A DNA stretch of 64,000 nt from Camelus dromedarius (GCF_036321535.1 NC_087436.1:98830001-98894000); one strand, 5' to 3'; shown: positions 1 through 12,108, counted from the first letter of the stretch. Translations and numbers: made by a program. Notes: generated from the sequence alone by a model not told the origin.

Positions 1-629
1 CTCTATTGCAATTATAACTTGACTAAAATGAAATGGAGAAGAGACAAAATGTAAAGAAGCAATCAGGAGATAGCAGCTCTTTTTTTTTTTTTTTTTTTAA
101 ATATGTTGGGTCTCCAATAGCAGGGCTGTTTTATTATCCTGAGAGTGTCCTCCAGCAGTAGAAAATTGCAAATGAAAAGCTTGATTTCAGAACTGAGTTC
201 ACCAGTCTATTCTAGCTGAAACACACTAAACTGGAAAAGTGGCAGCTGGAAGGTGATCAGTTGAGCTGTTTTGTTTGTTTTGCTTCACTTTCTTTCACAC
301 AGGTTAATTCTTCCTTTCACCAGCCCTTCATACCGTGGGACCTTTGAAAAGTGTTCTAATAACCTCTACTTCAGAAGCATTCAGAACTCTTTTCCCTATG
401 TAGTAAAATTGGACGTTAGACCCTTTTCAAAAGATTTTTACTACTTCCATTGCCTCGTCCTATTCCCTCGTATGTTTATCTGACGAACATATGTTCAGAT
501 TCTTAAGCCTACATCTTTTCATTAACTTTGTATGACTTCAAATTTAACTGGAAGTCTGAAATTGCAGGCTTTGGAAGATTTTATAACCTCAGACTCTGCT
601 ATTCCAGTGATCTAATTATAATTTTGACT

Positions 630-850
630 AATGTTTATTTAAGGCTTACTATGAGCCAGCCATCAAGCTGAGCACTTTAAATGCAGTATCTCTTTCATTT
701 ATCCCCAAAGCACTGAATTGAAGGTCCTATGTTCAAAATTGAGAAAATTGAAGCTTTGATAGGTGATGCAACTTACCAAGGCCATATGAGTAACAAGTAC
801 TTGAGGAGTTCAAACTTAAGTCAACCAGCAAACCCTGTGGTCTTAATTAC
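630..850 (-). mobile_element. MIR SINE relic
   Basis: Resembles the MIR reverse complement: tttatttaaggcttactatgagccag ... gagaaaattgaagct ... aacttaccaaggcca ... ttcaaacttaagtc. Confidence 0.7.
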
Positions 851-2881
851 AAAGAAACTATCAACTGATGACTCCTAATATTTCAGAGCCAAGCTACATA
901 AACGTGTGTGTGTGTGTATATATATATTCTGATTATGTGTTAAAGTGAAATATAAGTAGAAGAGGGTGAATATAAGAAGGCCAGGGTTTTACATTTGCCA
1001 TGGCAGAGATAATAACAATATGACAGATTTAAAAATCTGTACACCGAAGTGGAGCTAATGAATTTTATATGGAGGTAGATTGAGTATGGAAAACAACAAC
1101 CACATTAGCATAATGGGAATATGGTTCTGCCTAAGTGGCTAGAGGAAATTATTTTTTAACCATTAATGCAAATATACAGTGTTTCATTTTCTATTACCTA
1201 ATTATTTTAAATAATGTGCCTGTGTAGTGAATAGAGAGCTTTGTTTCTCTACAAAAGATCATTTCAACATTTGGTTTTTCCAAATTCAGCAAAACATTCC
1301 AAAGGAGCTAATTTTTTGAGGTCTTGTAGATAAAACAGACATTTAATTCTTCCAATTTTCACTGTTTGTGGAATTATTTTTGTATTTTGAGATTTAAACA
1401 ATGTAAAATATTATAACAGTTCATTGATATATATTGATAAGATAATCCATAATTTTGTTAGGTGACACAATAAAACTAGAACATTTTCTTTGTATTTTAA
1501 ATTTTAAAAATACAAAATTTATTTTTAAACTAAAAAATTATACTCTCTGACATTACATAACTTCAAAATACCATCATATAACACTATAAAAAGAAAAGCA
1601 TTTTTTTTAAAGATTAAAGAAATTCAAGCTGCAGTTTATTAGTGAAATAATTTACAATAACTCAGTGGGGATGCTGAATAAGAGGGCACGTGAAGAAAGA
1701 CAATTCACTTGTTTCAAGGCATGGAGGCAAAGCTTTGTAAAAGTTACTTTGAAATATTTGGCCCCTAAAGTTCATTTTAATCCTTTATTCTGAGTATAAT
1801 AATGAACGGCTTATATTTTAAAACTTAATTTTATAAATATTTTTCTGAAGTGTTGGTATGACCCTTCACATATTTTCTAGAAAATTTAAAAGTATACCTG
1901 TAGATTAAATTTTTAGACTCCTTTTTTTAAGCTATGAAAAATAGAATCTATTCCCTAGCCTCTCTTCACCTTTTTTAGTCCGAACCCATATTCTCTGATC
2001 AAACCTATGATAATATTAAGAAAATAGCATTGACTAATGTCAAGCAAGATTTCTGCTTCTTAGAGAAGTACTTAACTCCATCACATCATTTTTGACCATT
2101 TATTTTGCTTTATATGAAATGATTATTGGGTTACTTGGTGAAGTTCTCGTTTTGATAGATATGTTTAATTGTTCTATATTTCCATACTTTATATTACTGA
2201 ACTTATACTTCATATTCATATTTTACCTGCTCTATTCAAACAATTGTTTGAAAATAAATATACAGAGACTGTAGAGTTAGCCTCTTATTTCAAAATCAAT
2301 AATAATATTAAGGTATATTGAATTTTTATAATAATAATAGTTGTTCATTATGAAAAAATATTCCTGTTTCATATCTTATTCATCAAGTAAACCATTCAAC
2401 ATTTTAAAGCACTTATTATACCACATGCAGTGTAAAGAGATATAAAAATGATGCAAGTTTCTGCCGTTAAAGACATGGGAAATGTGTTCATCACAAAATA
2501 ACTAGTGATAACTCATGATTCAAAGAAGAGAATATTCTGTTAGAGTGCTAAGAGTGGAGAAATACTCACAATGGTGGTGACTGATATTTGAGTTAGTCTT
2601 CAAAGATTACTAGAACTTTATTAAGCATATATAAGTAGATCAAAAGAGAAATCTTGGTAAAGAGAATAGTATAATGGCCTAGAAAAGAAAAATACTACAA
2701 AGATATGAGACTTTGAAACAGGAATTCCTTAAAAACCAATCTAGAAAACAACCTGAGATTCTTCCTTCTCTCTAAGTTCATATACTCAGTCATTAATCTC
2801 ATTGACTTTTCCTCCAAAATGCTTTCATTATACCTCCATTTTCACTGTTGTGGTCCTAATATAGATCTTTATCATCTTGAT

Positions 2882-3096
2882 CAGTGGTTCTCAACTAAGA
2901 GTGGTTTTGTCCCCAGTGGGATATTTGGCAATGTCTAGACACATTTTTGGCCAATCAAAAAGCAGGCTACTACTGGACTCTAGTGGATAGGGACCAAACA
3001 TGATAGTAACTATCAAATGATGCACAAGGCAAGCCCCCACAACAAAGAATTGTCTGGCCCCCAAAATGTCAGCAGTTCCAAAGTAGAGAAACCCTA
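2882..3096 (+). mobile_element. MER20 (hAT-Charlie non-autonomous DNA transposon), full length
   Basis: Starts cagtggttctcaac, contains atttggcaatgtct and cccccacaacaaagaatt, ends gagaaaccct. The 8-bp TSD atcttgat/atctagat fits the hAT NTCTAGAN target. Confidence 0.9.
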
Positions 3097-3442
3097 ATCT
3101 AGATTGTGGGAAAAACTCCCTAACCTTATCTCTGCTTCAAGGAATGCCAAGAAATCATCTAGTCATGTCATAACACTGACTGGGTTCAAGCTGTCTATGA
3201 AATATCCAAGAAGAGGTATTTATTAGATTTATTAGTTAAAAAATCTAGTGTTTGGGGTCAAGAGAGAAATAACATCTGGAGATACTAGTTAGATGTGCAT
3301 AAAATAAAAAGATGATAGTTAAAAATACAGAGCCGGCTAAATTTTCTTGAGAAAATCTTTGAAAGGAAAGGAGGAAGTAAATAATAAAACTGTTATATTT
3401 AAGATGTGAATGAAGATGGACCAGCCAATAAAAAATAAATGC

Positions 3443-3467
3443 ACACACACACACACACATACACACA
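3443..3467. repeat. (CA)n microsatellite
   Basis: Read directly from the sequence. Confidence 0.9.
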
Positions 3468-4589
3468 AGAGACAGAACTATCAGGAAGGAAGACGGAGAA
3501 GAGCTCTTAATAAAGCACAACCTTTAGTCACTGTCCATTTTCATGACCTTGGCTGCCATCCCCAACATGCCCCTCCTTCCTAAGAGGATGAGCAGCAATT
3601 CCACTTTCCCAAGCATGCATGTGCTATTTATCTTCCTAATGTTTGTAAGTTCTCTGTTCATTCTCATTCTTAGAAAATCTTTAAAGCAATAGAACCAAAG
3701 GAGGAACAACAACCAAGTTATTTCAAAATGTGAAAATTCAGGGGCTACAAGAATAGAAGGAAGGAGACAGCAGGGGACACATGATCCCAGTTGACCACCA
3801 ATCCACCTCAGTGTACCAAGGATGATCAGGGAAGCGAAGTGGCACTCTTCACCGATCAATTCCAGGACATCTTTAAAATGCTGTCTAGTTCAGGACAGAC
3901 AGAGGGCATCTTTTCTTACAGAAAAATAAAATTGCCTTGGCAAAAGTTGGTCTTAAACCTTTTGCCCAACATAGTAATTTTGGCATTCTAAAATTACCAC
4001 ATGGTCACATTACACATGCTTATAATTAATTGGATTTTTAAAAAATCTTGAAGTGTCTGTTGGGTGAATAACCTATTTCAATATTTGGCCCAACTTTTCC
4101 TAGGTATGAGGGAAAAGTCTTTATTTGTATTAGAGTCTGCCTACATTAAGACAACGTTTAAATATTTTGACTTCATTGATTTGTTAAAACTATCAAATAG
4201 TTTACTTAGTAAAATAAATATTCAATTCAGAAAATAAAATAAACCAATTACTGTGTGTAGTTTCATCCACCTAATTGGAAGGCATTCGGTCACTCACTTA
4301 ATTGCTCAGAGGTGAAGACTTTCATTTTCACTCTTGTGATCATAGTCTCTTTTGTATTCCTGAGGCTGTGCACCATAAACATATGCACTGAGAGGAAGGA
4401 AGAAAAGAAAGAAAGATGCTAGCAAATTTTAAAATTATAAGAAATGAACAGCTTAAAATTGAGAAAATATTATTCTTTTCTTTGTTTCTCCTGTCTAGAT
4501 CCTTCAATGCATTTATTTGAGAAATAATACATTAAACTATAAGGTTTATGGCTGAAAATATGAAATGAGAATAAATTAAATGTTATATT

Positions 4590-5630
4590 ATATATTCAAT
4601 TATTTATTTGTCATATGTTTATTGACCACATAATATGTGCTAGGTGCTAAAGTTGCCACTTTTACATAACTGCATTTACAGGGCTGCATTTAGAGTTTTG
4701 GAGTTATGAATAAGGCAAGGAACCACTTTTTTGAGCTTGAAGTCTAGAATAAGAGACAGAAATTGAAGAATAAAGTACATGATTATTTATTAAAATGACA
4801 ATAAATGATATTTGAGAAAATTACAAATTACTATGAGAGCATATACCACAGGCCTTGACTTAAGTCTAGAGGTTTAGATAAATCTTCTCAATGAGATCAT
4901 GAAAGAATTGAACTTTGAAGGATTTGTGACATAGGGTAGGTGAAGAAGGGGGGAAGTTTATTCCAAGAAGAGAAAAAGACAGGACATGGTAGAAAGGAGC
5001 ATGAATCATTTGAGGAACAAAGAAAAACATCAGGAAGAATGTAGGGTGGAAAAGGAGTTGTATTGGAGACAATGTAAAAAAGAAAATGAGCAAGGATCAA
5101 ATCATGTATATTCTTTTAATTCATGTAAAATGATCGTTTTTATGCCACCTCAATGGAAAGCTGTTAAAATTTTAAAACAGGATGTGGTGGGGGAGTCAGT
5201 ATTTCCATTGTATACATGCTACTTTGGCTGCAGAATGAAAAGCAAATTGAAGGAGGGAAGAATGCACTTAGGGAAACAACTAAGAAAGAATGCATCTCCA
5301 TAGGTAGAGACTAGGGAGAATGGTCTGTGCTGGTATCCGTGGAGGTACAGAAAAGCAAAGAGATTCAAATTATTTAGAATTTAAAATAGGCAGAACTGGA
5401 TAATGCCTAGGCTGTGATGAGAGAAAGGTGGAGGAAATAGGACCTCAGGTTTATAGTTTGAAAAACTAGGTGTTTGGAAATACCATTCCATAAAATGGGG
5501 ACCACTTTTCACTTTAAAAATTAATGTTAGGGAAGGGGTAGTTTTGGTATAAATTTTGGAGAGTTTGAGATGCCAATTAGATACCCAAGTGGAGGTGAAA
5601 ATGTATATAGGATGACATGTGGCATTCAAT
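4590..5630 (-). mobile_element. L2 LINE relic (3' region)
   Basis: atatgtttattgaccacataatatgtgctaggtgct matches the L2 3' end (reverse complement); purine-rich body; gagtttgagatgccaattagatacccaagtggag is a typical L2 motif. Confidence 0.65.
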
Positions 5631-6668
5631 ATGCATTTAATACATAGTAGCTAAAAAAATGAATTCATGAATGAATTAATGAAGAAAACAGCAGGATATT
5701 TGTTTGCTATAAGAGAAGCAGAAATACTTAGTAGACAAAAGTGGAAAATGCACAGAAAATTGAGTTACTTGCGAGAGGTCATCCGGAAACATCAAAGAAA
5801 GAATTAGAATAAAATGGAAAAGTAGCCGAAGCTTATATTAAATTATGCTGAGACCAGTATAGCTATTTATTTTTAAAATTGAAACACTTTTCTCTGAACT
5901 TATGATACATTGAAATTCATTGAAAATATTATTCATACACATATCTAAGTCAAATATATAATCTACCAAATGGTTTCTGGCATATATTTTCCTTTCAGTA
6001 TTTCTTCAGAACATACCATGAAAATACATGAGATAAATGGGATTTATAAGGAGAGACTTAGCAATTTTTTGGATAAATAAATAAGAATAAAATCTAATTT
6101 AAAAACATATCACAAGACTAACTTGCTACATAAAGTATATTTTAGTAGATTATATACAGAATTCTTCTTTTACATTTCAATTGTATTTGTAAACAGTGTT
6201 GTCCATTTTCCAATATTATTTCTTATTAGTTGTGTTTTTTTTCTAGTTTTTACTATTGGATTTGCTATAAGAGGTTATGTTTGGTTATAAGCTTTTAAGT
6301 ATAACAACATTACATAGGGATATATGTATTTTTTTCCATTCAAATGAAACCTTTGTTCCAAGTTTACAATCAACCATTTCCCTCCATAACTTAATTTATT
6401 GGAAACAGGAAACGTACTGGTAGTACATTTCAGTGATTTAAAATCCTTTAATAGAGGAAAAATTACATTTTAGCTTTAAGAGAGATTATTTTCATGAATA
6501 AAAACATGCTTACATTCATAGATCACAGGGCATTTATTCTGTGCTGCCTTTTTTAGATGTGCCATCTATTTGTCAGTGGAAGATGGAGGTTAAATCTAAC
6601 ACTCCAATTTACAGTGATGGAGTGAACATCAAAATTATTAACTTTGCTATTCTTTGATATTTAGGTTG

Positions 6669-7318
6669 TATTGAGGAAATATAATTAAAAACAGAATCTT
6701 CCAATCTTAAAAACTTCTCCACAAAGATAGAATTTGATGTGGAAAGAGACTATGGAAAGATAGACACTGTATCTTTTTATATAGCCAATCAGATGCTCAT
6801 CATTACATAAATCTTCTCAAGATAAACAATAACTAGTCCTCAGGTAAGGGGACTTGACAACAGCATTTGTCCTACCAAGTTCATCTTAAACTCACTTGGT
6901 GAAGGGGTCACCATTTATGTTAAGCTTACTGGTGCTATCGAGTGGAAACTAAACTTCTTTTATCTTTAGGACAAGAGCTAGTTTCCCAACTTGCTGTGAG
7001 GCGCTCACTGACCTTAGGTTCCTACCTTCCCACAGACACTTGGAGATAAAGATGCTGTCTTCCCTGATGATAGCATATCAAAGAGATGGTTCCCGAGTCT
7101 TGAGAAAGACATTCCTGAGTCTTAAAGCTGGCAGGGAGCTTAATTAGCTTTAAAATAATTTACATACATTTCAAAGACATACAGAAAAAGCTTATAATTA
7201 AGTTTTTCTCAAACAAATGGTCTAAGAAGAGAGAAATGTTGGTTGGAGGAGTCTCTTTCCTTACTTTCAACAGGGAGAATTAAATCTCTTATTTTTTAAT
7301 TCTTCTTCGCTTCTACCA
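6669..7318 (-). mobile_element. ERV1 LTR (MER89/MER90-like); 3' LTR of a decayed provirus
   Basis: Aligns by eye with 14387-14893 (taactagtcctcaggtaaggggacttgaca vs taactagtcctcaagtaagaggacttgaca; gagatggttc...aagaaagacatt). Immediately preceded on the minus strand by a purine tract. Confidence 0.8.
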
Positions 7319-7328
7319 ACTCCTCCCT
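7319..7328 (-). promoter_or_regulatory. Polypurine tract (PPT) of the provirus
   Basis: Minus strand reads AGGGAGGAGT directly 5' of the LTR's TG. Confidence 0.6.
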
Positions 7329-8017
7329 GTGTTACTATAAAATAGTAACAATTTTACAATTATGTCCATTTCTATTCCTACCATCCTCTGGGCAAACTGC
7401 AGGTGTCTAAATACCCAGCAGGTCCTTGGTAAAGTATAAAGCAAAGCAACTATCAAAATTATGATGTAATAGAAGAATGACTGATTTTAAAAATATCAGT
7501 ACAATATTTGCCTTTGGAAAATAACCTTGGAATATATTATACCAATGGTGAAAGATTAAATAAAAACTTTTAGTTAACGATGAACAATTTTTTTTAGTCA
7601 CACATGAATGTTACAAATTGCTGCGATACCTTTGTTGACTGTGTTTTCATTGGGTAACAATCTAAATATTGTGTGGTGGATTCTTGTAAAGTCTTTCCCC
7701 ATCCAAGTAGCTTATCCTGATCATCTAAATTTTTAATTAAGTTTTTATTGCAAGCAAGGCCTAATAAATTTCTCCTGCATTTTAGAGAATTACATAAGTA
7801 CCATCACATTTATATGACACTGTAGGCCTTTTACTAATTGTTCTTTCTTCACAAATAATATTCCCCAGATATGAAACATAATGACACCAATAACCATCAT
7901 CTAGTACAAAAATCTTATTATGAAGCACACATTGAAAGGTAGAGATTGAAATTCTAGTGTTTCTTGTGTATGGTTCTAATTGTTTTAAGTGTTGAGGACA
8001 AACCCATGCTATGGGCA

Positions 8018-8048
<31 letters not shown>

Positions 8049-8285
8049 GGGTCTAAATCGATACTATTATAACAATTAACTACATCTCCCTGAATAATAG
8101 GCATTCATATTTATTTACCTACCTATACTGGAATTGAAGTTTCAATTTCAATCTCAGTTGAAGAAATTGCCATTGAAATTGCAGTTTCATTCAGGAAAGA
8201 AACTGCATCCCCAAATTAATCAAGTACCATTAAACCTATCTATTTCAATGTCTATAAAACAATTCCAAATTTCTGTTTTTCTATT

Positions 8286-8718
8286 TGTGAAGGAAAAGCC
8301 GGGCCGGTCTAACAAGATAACTCACAAGTCTAGGAATGTGAAGAAGGAGAGCCGGGCTGGTCTAACAAGATAACTCACAAATCTAAGTATCGGAATACTG
8401 ATCTGAGTTCTGCTGGACGAACTTGTAAATCTAAGTTAATTAGTGTTGGTTTGCTGTTCATGTTTTTTTTGCTAGCCAGCTGGATTTTCAAAGATATATA
8501 TCTGGCTTTGGAATGTTGGTTTGCTGCTTCCCCGCTTCCATTTTTGTGATAATGATGCTGCTAAAGCTGTTCCATGCCTATTGAACCTCGTGTGCACGTC
8601 TTGGAGGTGCTCAGAGCTTCGGAGTAGAAGCCCCTCTGAGCCGCTGGCGTAATACATCTGGGTACTCCCACCCTCCGAGTGGTGATTGTTTCTTGGCTGG
8701 CCTGTCGTTTCTGTAACA
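8286..8718 (+). mobile_element. Young ERV solo LTR, copy 1 (lacks the TATA segment)
   Basis: TG...CA termini (tgtgaagg...gtaaca); highly similar to 8895-9358; CpGs retained. Confidence 0.9.
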
Positions 8719-8894
8719 TTTCAATTAGAATTTTTACATCATTTTCCCAATCAAACCAGTTAAAATGTTCCACATTTCAGGATTGAGTACCTGGAGGCAC
8801 GTTATTTACTTTTAATTTGATATTATCAAAAATTACTAATGAAAATAGTTTCTCTTTTATTCAGTCATTAATCAGATTTTTAGATTTATAGGTC

Positions 8895-9358
8895 TGTGAA
8901 GGAAAAGCCAGGCTGGTCTAACAAGATAACTCACAAGTCTAGGAATGTGAAGGAGAGGCTGGGCTGGGCTAACAAGATAACTCACCAATCTAAGTATTGG
9001 AATACTGATCTGAGTTCGCATGGACTAACTTGTAAATCTAGGTTAATTAGTGTTGGTTTGCTGTTCATGTTTTTTGCTAGCCAGCTGGGTTTTCAAAAAT
9101 ACATATCTGGCTTTGGAATGTTGGTTTGCTGCCTCCCTGCCTCCACTTTTGTGATGATAATGCTGCTAAAGCTGTTCCATGCCTACTGGCCGAATACCCC
9201 AAGCTTGTACTTTACCGTATAAAACCTCATGCGCACGTCTTGGAGGTGCTCAGAGCTTCGGAGCAGAAGCCCCTCTGAGCCCGCTGGCGTAATACATCTG
9301 AGTACTCCCACCCTCTGAGTGGTGCTTGTTTCCTGACTGGCCTGTCATTTCCGTAACA
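8895..9358 (+). mobile_element. Young ERV1 solo LTR, copy 2
   Basis: tgtgaagg...gtaaca; perfect 4-bp TSD GGTC (8891-8894 and 9359-9362); TATAAAA at 9218-9224. Confidence 0.92.
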
Positions 9359-10243
9359 GGTCCAGACTCTGCTTATTCTGGTAGGGCAGTTTAGAGATGA
9401 CAGGAAATGAGATTATGGGAGCCATTACTGGGAGGACAGAAAGAAAAAAAAAAAAGTAACAATTTTTGATTACTAATAAAATGTGATTCTTAAAGTAATC
9501 AAGATAACCTCTGACTAACAATAACTGTGACTATGACAGCTAGACAGTTTAAGAGAAAAGTAGTATGTTTTCTATAACACTTGTTTTCATTTGAGTTCAG
9601 TACCAGTATCAGTGACTGTTGAAAACTTAAAGTTTCAAATCCTCTGTGGGAACCACAGTCCAGTCCTGTGGTGCTGGCTTCACATGTAAAGCACACATCC
9701 ACCTGAGTTTCTGTTAACTCTGATCGTTGAATGGATGATCAGCAACACTTGAAAGGGTTCTTCCCGACAGGGTGACAGTCTGTCTTTCCTACAGAACATC
9801 TGTGTGTAGATGAAATATCCTGGCCCGTAGGGGCAGGTCCTTCTGGATCCTTATGACTTTAAGTCTCAGAGTTTCTAGGGAAGAAAGAGGCCCTTTAAAG
9901 TATTGACTATGATTGTGATTATGAGAGGATTCACTGAAATCCAACAGAGGGCATGATCTCCGGCTCCAATTCACGGGGCCTGTCAAACATACCTTCAAAG
10001 GATAAGATTATGTGTTTGTGTGCAGCGGTCCTGTTAGCAAGGCTAGGGGTAAAACTCTGAGCCATTTCAATCAGTTAAATAACTGAATCTTAGCCAATGA
10101 AATTTTTGTTTGATTCAATCATTTTACTTGTCTAGTGGACTGAGGAAGGGTGTATGACAATTTATGGGATTCTGAAGACATTTGCATAATTCCTGGACAA
10201 CTGTAGAGATAAAATGACTTACAGGATTCGAATGCTCAGATAT

Positions 10244-10834
10244 TGAAACTGAGCAGGACCTTGTGTTACTGAACAAAAGTTCGTGTGCGTGATGCACGGT
10301 GAGGCCAAACCAAAATACCAGAGTTTGGAGCAGAGAAAGGTTTATTTCAGGGCCAAGAAGGAGGATGGGCTGCTCATGCTTGAAAAACCTGAACTCCTTG
10401 ATGGTTTTGGGGGAAAAGTTTTTACAGGCAAAATTTGGGGTGAGGGCAGCAGGGTGTGTGACTTTCTTCTCATTAGTTGGTGGTAAGGTAACAGGGCAGT
10501 GTTCCAGGAATCTTGTGCTCAGCCTGAAGCTGCCATCCACCACCTGGGTGGGGGCCTTAGCTCCTGAAGAAAAACTCAAAGATATTGTTATGTATATTTC
10601 TTGAGAAGGAACCAAGACCCTGCCCCGAGGCTGTGCTATTGTTTCTTGCCGTTTCCTCCCTGCAGCCTTCCGCCCAAATTTTGCCTGGATAAACTTCTTC
10701 CCTGAAACCCATTAGCGAGTTCAGGTCTTTTAAATCTCTTCTCCTTGCATGGCCCTTTCTCTGCTCCAAGCTCCAATGTTTTGGTTTGTTTGGCCTCACT
10801 GTGCTTCAGGCACGTGAACTTGGGTTTGATAACA
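10244..10834 (+). mobile_element. ERV1 LTR (outer), internally deleted, carrying a nested antisense copy
   Basis: 5' end tgaaactgagcaggacc at 10244; 3' part 10658-10834 ends ataaca; TSD atat/gtat. Removing it rejoins the host integrase (FGI|SEHSNPVSHF). Confidence 0.75.
10264..10657 (-). mobile_element. ERV1 LTR (nested, 5'-truncated), same family as the outer LTR
   Basis: The minus strand ends ...ttcagtaaca and has AATAAA (tttatt on plus, ~10341). The reverse complement of 10264-10454 aligns with 10658-10834. Confidence 0.85.
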
Positions 10835-11139
10835 GTATTCCAAAAGTGAAAATTGTATTTATTAAGAGAATATTTGCTATTGCCTAAATGTTAGTTTTTT
10901 TGTTTGTTTTATTCTGATCTGTTTTTTGAAGAAGGAAAGGATTTATACCATTCAGACACCATAAGTAAACAAACTCTCTTACCGTTTACATGCATTAGCT
11001 CTGTGGAATCTAACTGCCACCGGTTCCTGGGTTCCTGCTAAAGTTAGTCTGACAGAACTTCCTGTTTGTATCATGGTGTGAACAAAAATACTGCAATGTG
11101 AGTGAAAATACTGCAAACATATCAGTAAACAAAGAATGC

Positions 11140-11570
11140 TGAAACCAAGTCATCAGCAGCTGCCGCCACCCCCCAGTGGGGACAGGCCTGCAGCCCAGCC
11201 CCTGCAGCCACTCACAATGGTGCACTCTGGGTGAATTTAGAATAAGAAAGGACAGGATACCGGCCCTAGATAGCTAGATGCTTGTCAAAGGAATGAATTC
11301 AATGAGCCCAAAGGTTTGCTTCCTCCCATACATAGAAAAGCATTAAATTCTTTAATTTGAGATGCCTGGTTTTCTTTAGATAACAAGTAATATTTTATTG
11401 TTCCAACTACCTGGTCTTTGTTGTAAAGCTCCTGTATATCCTAGCTCCTCCCCTACCTCTTCGGAGCAGTCTCTCAGGGCGATCTGGGAGGCTGTCATCC
11501 CGGCTCGAGTCTTCCCGCCAAATAAAACATAACTTTTAACTTTGAGGCTGCGTGTTTATTTCAGTCGACA
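11140..11570 (+). mobile_element. ERV1 solo LTR (MER41-like 3' end)
   Basis: tgaaacc...aataaaa (11521)...cagtcgaca; TSD atgc/atgg. Confidence 0.85.
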
Positions 11571-11574
11571 ATGG

Positions 11575-12104
11575 TGTAATAGAGAAAAACAAATCTGACT
11601 CCGTATTAGATCTGTTCCTTTAGCTCTAACTCTGCGCTCTGTTGCCTGTGTTTAGTCGTGCTGGTTCTGCACCTTTTGTAAAAGAATGTTGCCTACAGCC
11701 TGGAATACACAGGACAGCCCATTCTCAAGACTCTGACTTTTAAGGGTATAACACTTTTCCATTCATATAGAGATAAAAAGTGCAGAACAGAGAATAACAT
11801 TTGTCTTGTTGGAGGTTTATGGGAACATCATGACCTGGCCTATGTGAACATAGGATTCTGCAAGAACAAAGGATTCTGACACTAAGAAGTTTGCATCAAC
11901 CAACCACAACCCTTCTCCTTTTTTGTATAAAAGGAGCTTGAATTCTGACTTGGGGGAGATGGTTCAGTTCTCCAGGACATTAGCCTGCTATCTTCTCAGT
12001 CTGCTGGCTTTCTAAATAAAGTCACTGTTCCTTGCCTCCATACCTCATCTCCCGATTTACTGGCCTGTCCTGCAGCAAGCAGAACAAGTTTGGACTCAGT
12101 AACA
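11575..12104 (+). mobile_element. ERV1 solo LTR
   Basis: tgtaatag...tataaaa...aataaa...cagtaaca; perfect TSD ATGG (11571-11574 and 12105-12108). Confidence 0.9.
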
Positions 12105-12108
12105 ATGG

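Larger units (their letters stand above)
9600..11135 (-). pseudogene. pol: ERV pol integrase remnant (interrupted by LTRs at 10244-10834)
   Basis: Hand translation gives these pieces in the expected order, with stops and frameshifts: RWQLDSTEL..SEWYKSFP (cf. WQIDFTEL..SGWVEAFP), AIANILLINTIFTFGI, SHFISTVVQELCKCLQ, PQSTRQVK*LNQT, KWLRVLPLALL, SFEGMFDRP, EEPFQVLL, HVKPAPQDWTVVPTEDLKL. Confidence 0.9.

Noticed and set aside
3524..3991. Overlapping ORFs (111 aa and 66 aa) in a GC-richer patch
   Set aside because: No recognisable domain or splice structure; possibly an old repeat that I could not assign.
8018..8043. T26 tract as a retrocopy tail
   Set aside because: No adjacent SINE or mRNA body and no TSD; a simple homopolymer expansion.
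8286..9358. Repeat-spacer-like or collapsed-provirus reading of the twin repeats
   Set aside because: These are eukaryotic LTRs. Copy 2 has its own TSD, the spacer lacks PBS and PPT, and there is no CRISPR-like periodicity.
10124..10615. 163-aa ORF
   Set aside because: Chance read-through from an LTR into the dead integrase fragment; it is not an intact gene.
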